Assembly (NCBI GenBank): GCA_951406725.2
Contig: OX597834.1
Coordinates: 23,560,001-23,624,000, forward strand
Length of the DNA stretch: 64,000 nt
Direction: 5' to 3'
Source of the DNA: Octopus vulgaris
Taxonomy: Eukaryota
The notes below the pieces were generated by a model. It was not told the DNA's origin and did not search any database. It saw only the letters and a list, made by a program, of their open reading frames with translations. Positions 39,351 to 55,880 of the stretch are shown here, in pieces. The position numbers were made by a program, and so were the translations under genes. Within the stretch, counting starts at the first letter, position 1. Each line of letters begins with the position of its first letter.

Positions 39351-40672
39351 GTGTGCCTGTGAGCCTGTGTGTTAGAGATGCTCAGCTGTGAAGAGTTGTA
39401 GGCAGTGAGCCTGTATGCAATGACAACCACACTGTTACTTACCTTGAGTTGTCTTTTCAAACTGCCATCCTATGTGTGAGGCCCAATGTTTGTAGATCCT
39501 TTCTCATCACATTATCTCAAATACAAACACTAGCAGTAATATCAAACTAAAACCTGTGTCAATTTTATTTATTTTTTTGTCACCAATGAAAGCACTACAA
39601 GTTGTGTCCCTAGCTAACCTCCCTGCTCACCATGACCCCACTTAGTCCTTTCTCTCTAACTGACTGATTGTGATAAATAGGACACTGTGAAATAGTCAAA
39701 CCGCAACTTGCAGGCTTTGAACTGGTGGTCAAAATGTTGTTGCTATTTTGATAAAAATCTTGACCCCGCCCTCTTCAACAGGCGAACCCACTTAAAATCT
39801 TAAATGTTTTCTATTTCTTCCAATAGGGGCTGACTGGTTTCAGGGCTGTTTGAAGAATAAAATTGGTCTGGTGCCTTGGAACTGTATTCACCAACGTTGA
39901 CACCTTAACAAAGACACTTTTCCTAAGTGACACACATCTACTCTGCTGTCTCCACAGACAGACCAACACACACTGCCCACTTTGTGTTACACAAACACAT
40001 TTATTCAGGAAGAGACAAAAGTCTCAATTTTGAAAAAACAAAAACTTTTATTTGGCTGATTAAATATGATCACATTCTACAATAATTGTTAAGTTTGGGT
40101 GCAGGGAAGGGAGGAGGAGGAGGTAACGAAGCAAGGTACCTCACAATAAGTTACATTTCACATTGAAATACTAAGTACAACAATGTACTACATGTGATTA
40201 CATAATGTACAGCAATGAACCTCGCATAAGATTGTGTGGTACTGTGCTATGTACCTCTTACATGAAGAACAGCAGTGTACCTCTTACATGATTGAACTAT
40301 AAGGTGCAGCAATGTACCCTCAAACAAAGACAAGCTAAATACACGTTTCTCACAATAAAGGAGGCCGTCGGCGGGGGGGAAGAAATACCTGAGTCAAGGG
40401 AAACAATTTTTTGGACTGTTTACAACCGTTACCATAGCTACAAGCCTGCGTGTTAGCTGAGCTATGTGTAGTTCAATACCGAAACAAGAATCGAGTATAA
40501 GTGAGTAAGTTGTAGCATCGTGATGTCGTGGCTGTCATTCATTGCCATCACAGCGGATATTTGCCACTATAAGCTGACTGAAACACTCAGATTTCAGACC
40601 ACCTCCTCCTCCTCCTCATTAACTGGTCAATATCAAAATCACAACGACACTATTTGGAATTGAACCTGGACC

Positions 40673-41245
40673 TTACGGCAGTGTTGGCCGCAGGAAGGGT
40701 TCAGTCATGTCCCCATAGACGTTGCGGTAAGATGTCTTCAGGAACTGGACGTAATTCTGCAAACTTCGATTTGTGCTTTGTGACTGTTCCAGCCGGTCCT
40801 TCAGGTCGTGCAGCCGAGAATTACATCTGCGATCGTTCTGAAACGAAAACAAAGTGGAAAAGATGTGGCCTTAGACGAGGTCCAGGTGTGACAGGTAACC
40901 AGCCCTTCTAACTAAACATGCTCTCTGACCTCACCATCCTCTCTCCAATTAAAGCTAACCAATTACACCTGTAAACTATGCTCCCACCTTGCTTGCTATC
41001 ATTCTACAACCTCCATATACAATCTCTGTCTCTGACCCAGTATGTGTATATATATATATGTATGCATGTATATATATATATTTGAGTCTTATGTATATAT
41101 ATATACGTATGTATATATATATACGTATGTGTATATATATATGTATGTATATATGTATGTATGTGTATATATATATATATATGTATGTATATATGTATGT
41201 ATGTGTATATATATATATATATGTATATATGTATATATGTATGTA

Positions 41246-41288
<43 letters not shown>

Positions 41289-41289
41289 G

Positions 41290-41322
<33 letters not shown>

Positions 41323-41344
41323 GTATGTATATATATATGTATGT

Positions 41345-41375
<31 letters not shown>

Positions 41376-41419
41376 TGTATGTATATGTATGTATGTATAT
41401 ATATATGTATATGTATGTG

Positions 41420-41451
<32 letters not shown>

Positions 41452-44400
41452 TGTATCAGGTAGATGGCACTGGGTAAAGTAGTTGGTCCTTCACTTCTTA
41501 GAAAATAGAAATTAATGTTCGAGATGAGGAAGAGACTAGTTTCATTCCACTTGTTTATGGGTCTCTCTCTGATTACAAACACACTGACATCCTGAACTTG
41601 GCAATATATACCCCAATATACATACACACTCAACATATTCACTACTGCATACAAGAACAGCTACACACACACACACCATCATATACAGGCACAAGCACCT
41701 TATGAGAATTGCCAAACATACTTTATTGTACATACAAGCACACAAACACTCCCTTAGTCGGAGGGGAAAGAGAGCTAATTTATAAGAGATGTTGATCTTA
41801 CCTCATCCTTCTCCCTCTTCACTCTGTTTACCTCAGTTTTCACCTGATTCACTTGACATTCAAGATCTAAGATTTTCTGTTGAGATAATCTTTCCTGTAA
41901 TAAAGAAAAAAACAAAAAAACATTGTTTAGCAAAAGAACAGCCACCCCACCCTGTTCCCTCACACTGCCTCTTCTGCCACTGCAACTACTGGGACTGCTG
42001 TTTGGTGTTACGCCACCCTCTCTAACTTAACTCCTCCCCTTCACCTTCACACCCCCTGCAATAAGACCAATGCAGTCCCAGTCAACTATCGCTGCACAGT
42101 CTGCCCCTGTCTCTCTCACTCATGCATAAACAACAACTACAATCTTCACAGTATTTCGGGGTCTTTCTTGGTAACTGCCATAGCAACCTAAGGGGACACA
42201 CAGCACCCAACACATCTCCATAGCAATCTGTGTTCATGTGCAAAGGGTGAGTCCTTGAATCCCTATGATCATGCAATCGTAAGGATTTCAATACTGCCCC
42301 TACCCCCACACATCAAAAAGTATACTGACCTTTGAGATGACCCGTTCATGGAAGCTGCTTGATTGCTGTTTCAGGTCCTGCAGTGCATTTTCTAACTGAT
42401 GAGTCAGACTCATCGTTTCCTGAGTTTTCTCTTCCAGTCGTACCTGCAATCACAAGATACATGTATGTATATACAATTGGCTCTCTGTTGATGATGAGTG
42501 TTCCTGTTCATTCGATCAACAGAACAGCCAGCTTGCGAAATTAGCATGCAAGTGGCTGAGTACTCCACAGAATGTGACAAGGCTGGCCCCTCGAATTACA
42601 GGTACAACTCATTTTTCCAGCTGAGTGGATAGGAGCATTGTGGTATAAAGCGTCTTGCCCAAGGACACAACACACCACTGGGAATTGAACTCGTGACCAT
42701 GAGCTGAATAATAACCCTAACTACTGAGCCATGTGCCTTCACTTTATGTTATATATATTTATTTCTTTATCGCCCACAGGGGGCTAAACATAGAAGGGAC
42801 AGAAAAAAGGGCTTAAGTCGATTACATCGATCCCAGTATATAACTGGTACATATTTAATTGACCCCGAAAGGATGAAAGGCAAGTTGACCTCAGCTTAAT
42901 TTGAACTTGGAACATAGTGGCAGACGAAATGCTGATAAGCATTTCACCCGGCACATATATATATATATTAATGATAAAAAGCAATTACTGTTTACTTGCC
43001 ATGGGGAAAGGAAAATCCAATAATTCAGACAGAATTCTTGTTCAGGGAAAAGTTGAGAGAGAGAGATGTGAAACCAGTTTTTTTTTAACGTAGAGGATGT
43101 AAAACTCTGTTGTTTGTCGTGTGACCTGGTGGGTAAAGATGTTGCACTTGTGATGGCAAAATTGGGTTTTAATACCCAGACCAAGAGGTGCATGCACTGC
43201 ATTCTTAAGCAGAACACTTCATTTCACAGTGCTCCACCCCACTAAGCTGTAAATAAGTACCCTGGTGGTGAACTGGATTCCCATTCAGCAGGGAATGTTG
43301 TGATCTCAGTCACTTGGAAACCAGGTGACCAGCCCCGTAATCTGAGGACTCGAGACAGTACTTTGTTTATATATATAAATGCTCAAATAGACTCAGACAC
43401 AAAGTGAAAGACGCCTGACAACAGAAGATACATTGCTATTGAGAGAGTAAAGAGATGCTGCTTAGAAAGTGTGTGTGTGTGGCGGGGGAGAGTATAGAGA
43501 GAGAGAGAGAGAGACATTGTTAATTAGATCTAATGAAAAAGAGGAGACAAATATCTTAAGGATGTAAATCTACATTTAATGCTGGTTGGTTTTCATATCT
43601 CTTTTTCTGCCGCAATCATTTTCATTATTTGTTACAAACACCACCAGTCTGTGGCAAGACTTAACATTACACCCACCCCCACCACAAACACCCATACACA
43701 CCCTTTTATCAGTCTTGATTCTAAGGTTACTGCCTTCTTAAACAGTGGTTGCCTGCCTACATCCACCCTGGTAGCTTATGGAGGCCACATCTTCTCCATT
43801 TATTTGGTAGCATGAACTTTTTCTCACCAATGTTCTTTGTATTTGCAATAACTTTTCTGTGTGGACAAATATTTATTTATATATATTGGATAAAATCTGT
43901 ACAGTGTACATTCTGTGTGTACACATGCAAATATATATTATATAAAAACGTATGTATATAATCTGTATAGTCTATTTAATAAATATTACATTGCTTGAGT
44001 GTGTGTATATATTTATATATGTGATTTAATTGCTGTTTCACTAATTCTGTTTTTCCATTCTGCTGTAAACTCTTGAAAACAAAAATATTTTTAAACAAAT
44101 GTTTCCAAACCGGTTAAAATTCTATTTTTATAAATCATTAATGTACCTTATGTGTGTATTTTGGTGATGGATGGGGTGGGGTGGGGATGAAGTTTGTTTT
44201 TTTTGTTATATTTTGATGTGCAATTTTTTTATTTTTTGATATAAACTTTTATTTTGTTCAATCATGAATTTATGAATGCCTTTTCATTTTTCTTTGTGGA
44301 GTGGTTTGAACAACAGGATTTCATTGCCTTGTCCATACATAGTCTGGTGACACAGACTTGTAAAGGAAGCTCAAGTCTTTGATGCTGTGTGTGTTTGCAC

Positions 44401-45097
44401 AAGCGGTTGCAGTAGAATTATGAACATCAGCTGAGAGTAAATAACTGGTTGTTTTTAAAAAATCAAGGGAGACAACCTAGAAAAATTTTAAAGTTTTATA
44501 CAGTCACCACTATACTATTAGCGATTTTCCACCCCCACTACCATTTTATTCCAACCCACTGCTTATAAGAATTTAAGCAAATGTCCAATCCACCTGCTTA
44601 TTCCATCCCCCCACTATTATTTGGGGCTCGAGTGTAGTTGGAAAGTAAGTTTCTCAACCACGCCTATGTGTGTATGTATATATTAAGTTATACGAATTTA
44701 GAAACTTTGAGAGAGCATGAAATAATTCTTTCTTTAGAAAGGTGTATCTCAAAGTGGACAAACCTATAAATAATAGATATTGGATTAAAAAAACTTTTTG
44801 GATAAAAAGGGCAGTCTTTGACCCCCCCCCCCACCTTATGCAGAAGGATTTTTTTAAACAGTATTTACATGCTATACTTATGGCCTTGTCTGCTTTAAGA
44901 TTCACCATTCCAAAGAAAGAATTTCACACACACACACACATATAGGGGTTTTATATACATCGATATCACAACCTCCAAACAAATGACAGCTTTGAAAGAC
45001 AAACTCCTGACTTACATTGTTCAGGCGGATGGTTTCCTCTCTCTTGGATATGGTAGTCATCAGTTCACGATTCTGTTCTGTAACTTCTAGAAACTTC
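40673..45097 (-). pseudogene. ODF2: Inverted second copy of ODF2-like exons E7-E10 (45016-45097, 42330-42443, 41802-41894, 40673-40837); 5'-truncated, probably a haplotype or assembly duplicate
   Basis: Reverse-complement matches to 17790-22480 with intact splice sites and the same translation. Confidence 0.8.
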
Positions 45098-46216
45098 CTG
45101 TACAACGAAATTAAACACTGTTATAAGCCACAGTCACAACTCTCTCTCTCTCTACAGCTGGATGACTCAGCTGGGACAAAACAACCAGGGTTCCAAAGAT
45201 TCTAGAACCCATTGATATACAACATTGGCTCTACTGTCACAATAATAATAAGTGTTATAATAATAATCGATCAATTATTGTATACAGTGCTCAGGTGCGA
45301 CAACTTAGCATGAAAGTGGCTGAGTACTCCACAGAATGTGGAGGACAAGGCTGGCGAATCTCAGGAAGCATGGAAATCTTGAATTACAGGTACAACGTGC
45401 GACAGTGTGTTCCATGCTTTCCAGCTGAAAAAATGTGGTCATGGGAGCATTGTGGTATAAAGCGGGTCATAATGCTGCTGTAGGTCCATACCCAACAGCA
45501 ACACTGTGACTGTGTCCTGTAAAGGAGGTTTTTCTGTGACCCCTTGCAGAGCAATACAGCAAAGACAAACCTATTTAAACAATTGTTTTAAAGGTCAACA
45601 TTTTTTAGTTCCATCACCACCACAGTATAGGGATCAGAGAGGGGCCTATGTTATGGTTCAACATCCCACTAGAGAGATTAGACAAAGGTCTGTGTTACAG
45701 CCCTTATATCTCTCTGTCAAAGCTCCCCGGTCTGATATCACATTACAAGACATGGAGGAAAAGAAAGTAGAGCAGCTGTTTTTCAGCTACCTGCAGGAAA
45801 ACAAGATTAATGATAATTAGAATTAATTAAAGGAATTAACATGGGTTTTTTGTAGTTAAAAAGAGTTAAAATTCTAAGAAGCCTGTCGTATATATGTATA
45901 TATATATATATTTCTTTACTACCCACAACGGGCTAAACATAGAGGGGACAAACAAGGACAGACAAAGGGATTAAGTCGATTACATCGACCCCAGTGCGTA
46001 ACTGGTACTTAATTTATCGACCCGAAAGGATGAAGAGGCAAAGTCGACCTTGGCGGAATTTGAACTCGGAACGTAACGACAGACGAAATACTGCTACGAA
46101 TTTCGCCCCGGCGTGCTAACGTTTCTACCAGCTTGCCGCATATATATGTGTATGTGTGTCTGTTTGTCTCCCTAGCATTGCTTGACAATCGATGCTGGTG
46201 TGTTTATGTCCCCATC

Positions 46217-46316
46217 NNNNNNNNNNNNNNNNNNNNNNNNNNNNNNNNNNNNNNNNNNNNNNNNNNNNNNNNNNNNNNNNNNNNNNNNNNNNNNNNNNNN
46301 NNNNNNNNNNNNNNNN
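46217..46316. other. Assembly gap (100 N)
   Basis: Run of exactly 100 N. Confidence 0.99.
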
Positions 46317-48200
46317 TGATTGATTGATTCCAGTTCCAGCCTATGAGCTGTGGCCATGCTGGGGCACCGCCATTTGGTGTTGCTACTTGGTTTTACTTCA
46401 TGGGGGCTTTCTAGCAACTGCTATTTGGTGCATGAGAGAGGCTCGATGCAGCTGCCCTCATCTGCCCCTCCTGCCGTGAAGTTGGTTCATCTGGGACACC
46501 AGACAGGAAGAGATCCAGCTTCATTTTAAAGACATCTGTATCCACCCCATGCAGGTCTCTCAGGTTCTTCGGGAGGATATTGAAGAGCTGTGGGCCTCGG
46601 AAGCCCAGGCTATCACAGAATCTTGTCCTACATCTTGATGGCAGGTTTGGAGTCCTAGGCACCACGCAGTGGCGCCCAGTTCTGGCATTTGTGTAACTCT
46701 CGATGCCAAAGTTCAGGACACTTCCCTCCAGGATCTTCCAGATGTATATTATGGCATATCTTTCCCGCCTACGCTCCAGGGAGTATAATTTTAATCTCTT
46801 GAGTCTTTCCCAGTAGCTTACATTCTGCATAGAGGCTATCTTCTTTGTGTAGCTTCGTTGGATCGCCTCAAGTTCTGTGATCAACTTGACACTGGATGGT
46901 GACCATAGCTGAGAGCAATAGTCAAAGTGGCTTAGGACAAGTGTCTTCCAGAGGACCATCATGGTTTCTTGTTCTCTTGTTCTAAAGGTTCTAAGAATCC
47001 AGCCAGCCAGCCGTCTACATTTCACTGTCAGTTTAGCAACATGTACATGAAAGGTCGCGTCATCACTCATGTGAATACCCAGGTCACGCACTGATTGTGC
47101 CTCTGGGATTGCAATCCCTCCGGGTCCAGTGTATTCATTGGGTATTGCATTCAGTTTTGCATGCTGATAGTATAAAGCTTGAAACTTTCCAGCATTGAAC
47201 TGCATGCTATTCTTTTCAGCCCACTTGTATATTTCGTCCAGCTCACATTGCAGGTTTTTAGTGTCCTCAGGGTTCTGTATTGCCTGTGAAACTTTTGTAT
47301 CATCTGCATAACTTGTGATCGTGGATCTCTGCGTGGCTGAGGGCATGTCTGAGAGGGCCATTATGAACAGTAGTGGTCCTTAAAACAGTGCCCTGTGGAA
47401 CACCACTCATTATTTGCGTGTTAATGGAAGTGGCCCCATTGGCTACTACCACCTGACTTCTATTCTTCAGAAAGTCGTGAAGCCATTCTCCTAGTTTTCC
47501 AACTATGCCAAGATCACGCAACCTGTGACATATCATTCCGTGATCGACTTTATCGAAGGCCTTTGCGAAGTCGAGATATATGACTTCCACATTTGAGTGG
47601 CTGAGCAGTTGTTTCAGCACCCAGTCATAGTGCTGCAGGAGCTGAGTTAAGCAGCTTCTTCCTGGTCGGAAACCATGTTGGGTGTCAGGCAGCAAGTCAT
47701 TTTCTTCAAGGAAGGTGATTAGTTTCCTTCTGACTATTCGTTCCATGACCTTGCTGATGTGTGAGGTCAGAGAGATAGGTCTGTAGTTCTTTGCCTCCGC
47801 TCTGCTACCTCCTTTATGAATAGGGCATATTTTACCTTCCTTCAGTCCCCTTGGAAGTTTGCCAGCTGCAAGGAAGCTCTGAAAGAGGGACTGCAGTGGT
47901 CTTGCTAAGACTCTCTTACATACTTTTAGGAGGATTGCCGGGAATCCATCGGGGCCAGTAGCTGAGTCTATTTTCATTTCATCTATAGCCTTTATTACAT
48001 CGTCTTCCTTTATCTCGATGTAACTTATCGTCGCCGCCTCTGATTCTATATCTGCAGTGGTAAAGAAGTCAGTTGGATTGCTGATTTGGAAATGCCCAAG
48101 GGGTGGAGTGAAAACACTCTTGAATTGTTCATTCAGTATTTCACTTACCCTCATTGGTTTTCCTGTGAGTGTGCCATCCTTTTCAAGGAGTGGCCCATCC
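46317..48200 (-). mobile_element. 5'-truncated CR1/L2-group LINE: RT with one frameshift near 47380, 3' UTR and (TCAA)n tail
   Basis: NYRPISLTS, QHGFRPGRSC, YLDFAKAFDKVDH, SGVPQGTVL / YADDTK, LYSLERRRER motifs across ORFs 47300-48154 and 46411-47361. Confidence 0.92.
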
Positions 48201-48310
48201 TACAGTGCACTGTAGCCGTTTCTTTGGCATACCTGTAGAAATGGGGTTATATTTATGTTGTCTATAGCCCAGGCTTCATACATACCTACATGGGAAAGTT
48301 GCAGACAATA

Positions 48311-50962
<2,652 letters not shown>

Positions 50963-51481
50963 TACTTATATATATTACTAAAGAGAGAGAAAATTTCTGG
51001 GTTTAATACCAGGTGATACTCCACCATGGCCACCGCAATAGAATAACGTAGTCAATTATAAATCTGTTATGGATATCAGACTTCTTGCAGAGGTTGTACT
51101 TAACCTTCTATGCATTTAATCCAGCCATGTCTGGTCCCATTGTTCTACTTGTTCTAAGTTCACACTGGCCAGGTATAACTCATTTCGCATCTGCCTGAGA
51201 TATGGCATCGTCAGCTCAACCACATCATCGAAATATGCAAGAATGTAAATAAATAAGCATCACATTTTAGAAAGTAATCTGGATGGTGAATGGTTGCTAA
51301 GGTTACACATGAACCTGCAGATTCCCTATTCTCAGTTATTAGAAGAACTAAACAAGGCATGGTATCTAGGGAAAAGCAGAAGAGTCAAAGTATTTCAATT
51401 TAAAAGCTTTAGCAAGGTTCGAATTCCTAATCCTCAGCTGTAAATAATGTAGAACAAAAAAAGAAAGATGGTCACACCAAC

Positions 51482-51602
51482 CTAATGCTTTTACTACAAT
51501 TTTATCGCCTTGTCTGACCGTCAATATATTAGGGTTGCTGCTTAGGAGGCTGTATTTCACAAACACAGTTCGACCAACTTCCTTGTATTCAGCTCGGGGC
51601 GC
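51482..51602 (-). CDS. Probable NCF2-like exon encoding the N-terminal half of a divergent SH3 domain
   Basis: cttcctcatttcgcag| APRAEYKEVGRTVFVKYSLLSSNPNILTVRQGDKIVVKAL G|gttggt; spacing fits the SH3 pattern ALYxY.....eLsf..Gd.i.v. Confidence 0.55.
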
Positions 51603-54600
51603 CTGCGAAATGAGGAAGTAACACACTGCTGTTATTTATACTGACAAACTGGTGCACATATATTCATATTAAGTCAAATTCCAACAGTCTGGATTTTCAT
51701 GTCCTATTTATTTTGAAAAGCTTGCTTCTCAACCACGATTCCTGGTTCAGTCCCACTTTGTACCACCTTGGGCAAGTGTCTTCTACTATAGCCTCAGGCT
51801 AACCAAAGCCTTATTAATGGATTTTTTAGTAGACAGAAACTGCGAGAAGCCTTGTCTGTGTGTCCCAGCACTGCTTGACCACCAGTGTTGGTGTCTTTAC
51901 TTAGCAGTTCAGCAAAAGAAGCCGACAGAATAAGTACCAGGCTTTCAAAAAAATAAGTGCTAGGGTCAATTCATTGTTCAAGGTGGTGCCCCAGCATGGC
52001 TGCAATCTAATGACTGAAACAAGTAACAGATGACATATTACAATAGCACAAGTACTTTTCCTCTTTTGTCAATCTTCAGGTTTATGCAGCAGCCACATTA
52101 GCAGACAGTTGTGCTTCACAGTTGACAGCTGGTGAAAAATGCCAAAATTTGTTCTTTAAATAACTCACTCAAAATGATATTTAATATAAAATTGTGAAAA
52201 CTACAAAACAAAAGACCCTGAAAAATCAGACCATGTTGGAATTTGATTGTATAATTTTGCACAGATAAATATATTAATCAAACTTTGAAATTATACAGAA
52301 GCAAGAAAGAAGATATCTACTCTTTGCACAGTATGCAAAGAGTAGATAGCTGTTCTCTTATGGTATGGCCAATGATGTAAATTATGAGCATACAGGAAGG
52401 TGGTGCAGGGTTTATATGTACAGGAGTATGCTGTAAAAACACCCAGGAAATTCTTTTCCGTACTCAAAAACATGCATAGAAATAGTCAGTAGATTCTCTC
52501 ACTTTGATGACCTAATTTGATGTGAAGGTGGATGCCCTAAAAGTATAATAACCAAAGTAAAAAAAAAAAAATAGTGGGGAAAGTTTAAGGAATTAATTAT
52601 CTCTGCTGGCAACAAGGAAGTGGGGTCTCTTCAACTGAAAGGTAGCTTATGACTATATATATATGTATGGGCATGGCTGTGTGGTTAGGGAGCTTGCTTT
52701 CTAGCTATATGGTTTCGGGTTCAGTCCCACTGAGTGGCACTTTGGGTAGGTGTCTTCCACTATAGCCCCGAGCCGACCGGAGCTTTGTGATTGAATTCGG
52801 TAGGTGGAAGTTACTGCCGTGTGTGTATATGTGCGTGTAGGTGCTTGTGCCTCTCCGAAAGAGAGAGAGGGATGGATATATATATATGTTAAATTGTTGT
52901 GCAACTTTTGGCCTCTCTGTTCTTATCTGTGGAATGTAGTGGTGATGGTTGTTGATGTCTCAGATGAGACCCAACACAAGATTGAAACTTGTTTATGTCC
53001 CTGCATCTTAGTTTGGTATAAGAGACCACTAGAACATAAGTACCAGATTTCATAGAAAAAGTACTGGAGTCGATTTGAATAAACCAGTCATGGACCAACT
53101 GGGGCCATGGGACTTTCTGAATGGCACACCTAATGAAAAATACTTTTTTGTTTTAGTAGTTTGGTCCACCTGATCAAGAGCCATGTCTCAAGCAGATGAA
53201 GTCTTGATTAATTAAGTTCAATTTAAACGTTCTGAACATGAAATTATATTTTAACTGTTTAAAAGTATGTTAACTGGAAGATTAAATTTCTTAGTTATTC
53301 TAGAAGTTTTGTTAAATATCTACCAAAAAATAAAATTAGTTTCTTCTGCTAGTCATTTTGCTTTGATTAAAACTTAACATATCTCAAATAAAAAAAATTT
53401 TTCAAATATGACATTCCGAAACAAAAGATAGATTGGTATATAAAACTGCTTTCTGCAGTTACAGGTAATAAAATTTTAAATGGATGTATCTGATTTATGG
53501 AGTAAGGGGGTTGATTAGTGAAGTGGTAAAAATAATTGTTGACTAACACAAGAAACTGGATGAGATTATAAGACCAGCATTCACATGAATTAAAAATGAA
53601 ATGATTAATTAAAATACCCAGAGGAATTATAATAAAAATAAATTTTTGAAGTTAATTATTGCAGAGGTTTGTAGATCATGCAGCCATAGTAACTGGGCAG
53701 GTAGATTACAAGACCTGGTTTAAAAGACAACAGATTAATGTACAAAAAGGATTAAGAGGAATTATGGGAGGCCAGAGAATATGAACAAAAAGAGTTGACT
53801 GGAGAAAATGTTACAGGAATATCAATGATTGTCAAAGAGTTTAGTGATAGAAGGCAAAGCACATACAGGAGACTGGGAGCAAGAACATAAAATGGTTTAA
53901 GAAAATATGAGTATAACATAAGCAGATCAATAAAAATGGTGCTTACAGACATAATTAAGCAGTGTTTTCCTCAGTGGAGATGACATTCTAGCATAATATA
54001 AGTTTAATACATAAATAAACATATATACATGTATCTGTATTATATATGTGTGTGAGTGTGCAGAGAATAAATTTTGGCTTGTAAAATAAAAAGTAGAAAA
54101 CATAGAAGTACTGACAAATACAGATCTACTAAAAGACATAAACAAGTATACATATACATAAATGTGCACACATGGACAGGTATGAAGTTATAAGCATTTA
54201 CATTTACAAAGCTACAAATATATACAAACAGGTGAACACATATATATATAGATATAAAAACGAACTTTAGGTTAGTTAAAACGTGTCTGTGAAATATTTC
54301 AACTTCTAAAGACATTCACTGCAGTTACCATGGAGAACAAAAATTCTCTCTTATGGTAAAAAGAGTGTAAAAAAAACACTATATCTGTCCAGTGTTCCAT
54401 CCAATTAGATTCCCAAATGCATTTCTAGCTCTTTAGCCATTATCAATGGGAAATATTATCCCACTGGTAAAGAAGGCTAAAGAGCTGGAAATGCTCTATC
54501 TGGGAATCCGACAGAATCTTTCATCACGCATCTTTGGCTGCTTTAGTGACTCTTCCATCAATGCATCTCCTCCTGTTCCCGGGAGTTTCGTGCTATTATG

Positions 54601-54919
54601 ATGCACGAGACTTTCAGGCTCTTTTTAAGATACAAGGCATCCTTTATAATTGTGCATGTTCAAGCGTCATAATAGCATGAAATTATTGGTAGCCCTTTCA
54701 GTTGTGTATTCAAATTGATATTATCTCTCACTGGATGGAGTGGGTTTTTTTTGTTGATTCTACCTCTGTTGGATCTTTAAACTATATATATATTATATAC
54801 CAACAAACATATACATATAGACACAGAAAAGCATACTTAAACACAAATAGACATACAGACACAGAAAAGATGTCTTAATACATACATACATATATATAAA
54901 TATAAATGTATATACTCAC

Positions 54920-54957
54920 TTTTGTATTGTCTTGAGATTTCAGGTCATTGTTAGATG
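54920..54957 (-). CDS. NCF2: NCF2-like 38-nt linker exon
   Basis: ctgtttttacag| ... AAA|gtgagt; SSNNDLKSQDNTK; phase 1 in, phase 0 out, which fits both neighbours. Confidence 0.7.
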
Positions 54958-55880
54958 CTGTAAAAACAGAAACAGTAAGAATAAATGGTGGGCAGGGAAT
55001 TATTTAGGGATGTATTCTGCAGAGAAAACAAACAGTTAAGTGGTGCTAACTTAAAGAATGAGTAGAAAACATTTTGTAATTAAAATCACAGCAGTAATGT
55101 GGCTAAAAGTTCATTAACTTCATATAGGTTGGTAAAATGTTTATCCTGCCATTATTAATATTGTGTGTGTATATCTATACACACATACATATGTACAGAT
55201 ACACTAAGAAAGACTCACACATATATGCATACACACACCTACACATACCATAGATACATGTGTGCAGCATACAAACACATATTAACCCATCCTTGAAAAT
55301 ATCAATCTTGTCGTTTTTTTCTTTTAAACATGAAAATGATGCTGGTAGATGGAGAGGGCCAGGGGTTATAGATCTCTCCACGATCTCTTAACAAGGGGCT
55401 AAATACAAGACAATTTATATTAAGTCAACATCATATTTCATTCCTTGGAATATAAATTTTTAAACTATAAAACAAATTTCTCAGGAAAGACTTAAATTTA
55501 ATGCAAGATAAAACCTGAATTATTCATTGAAGATTGTCATCAGAATTGTTGTCACAAGGTCAACAATTTTGGGGGATGAAGGAAAGTTAAAAACCATCAA
55601 ACTTGGGACTGGACCATCGCCCATTTTATTTTATTTCAACCCTGGAGGAAAGTAAGGTAAAGTTGATTACTGTGAGATTTGATCTCAGAGCATAAGGGCT
55701 GGATGAAATACCACAAAGAATTTTATGCAATGCTAACAATTCTACCAAACCACTGTTGTGATGATGAGGACACTAATAATAATGGTTTCAAATTTTGGCA
55801 CAAGGCCAGTAAGTTTAGGGGAGGGGGCTATGATGATGATAATGTTGATGATGGTGAATAATAATAAAGTGATTCTTTAC

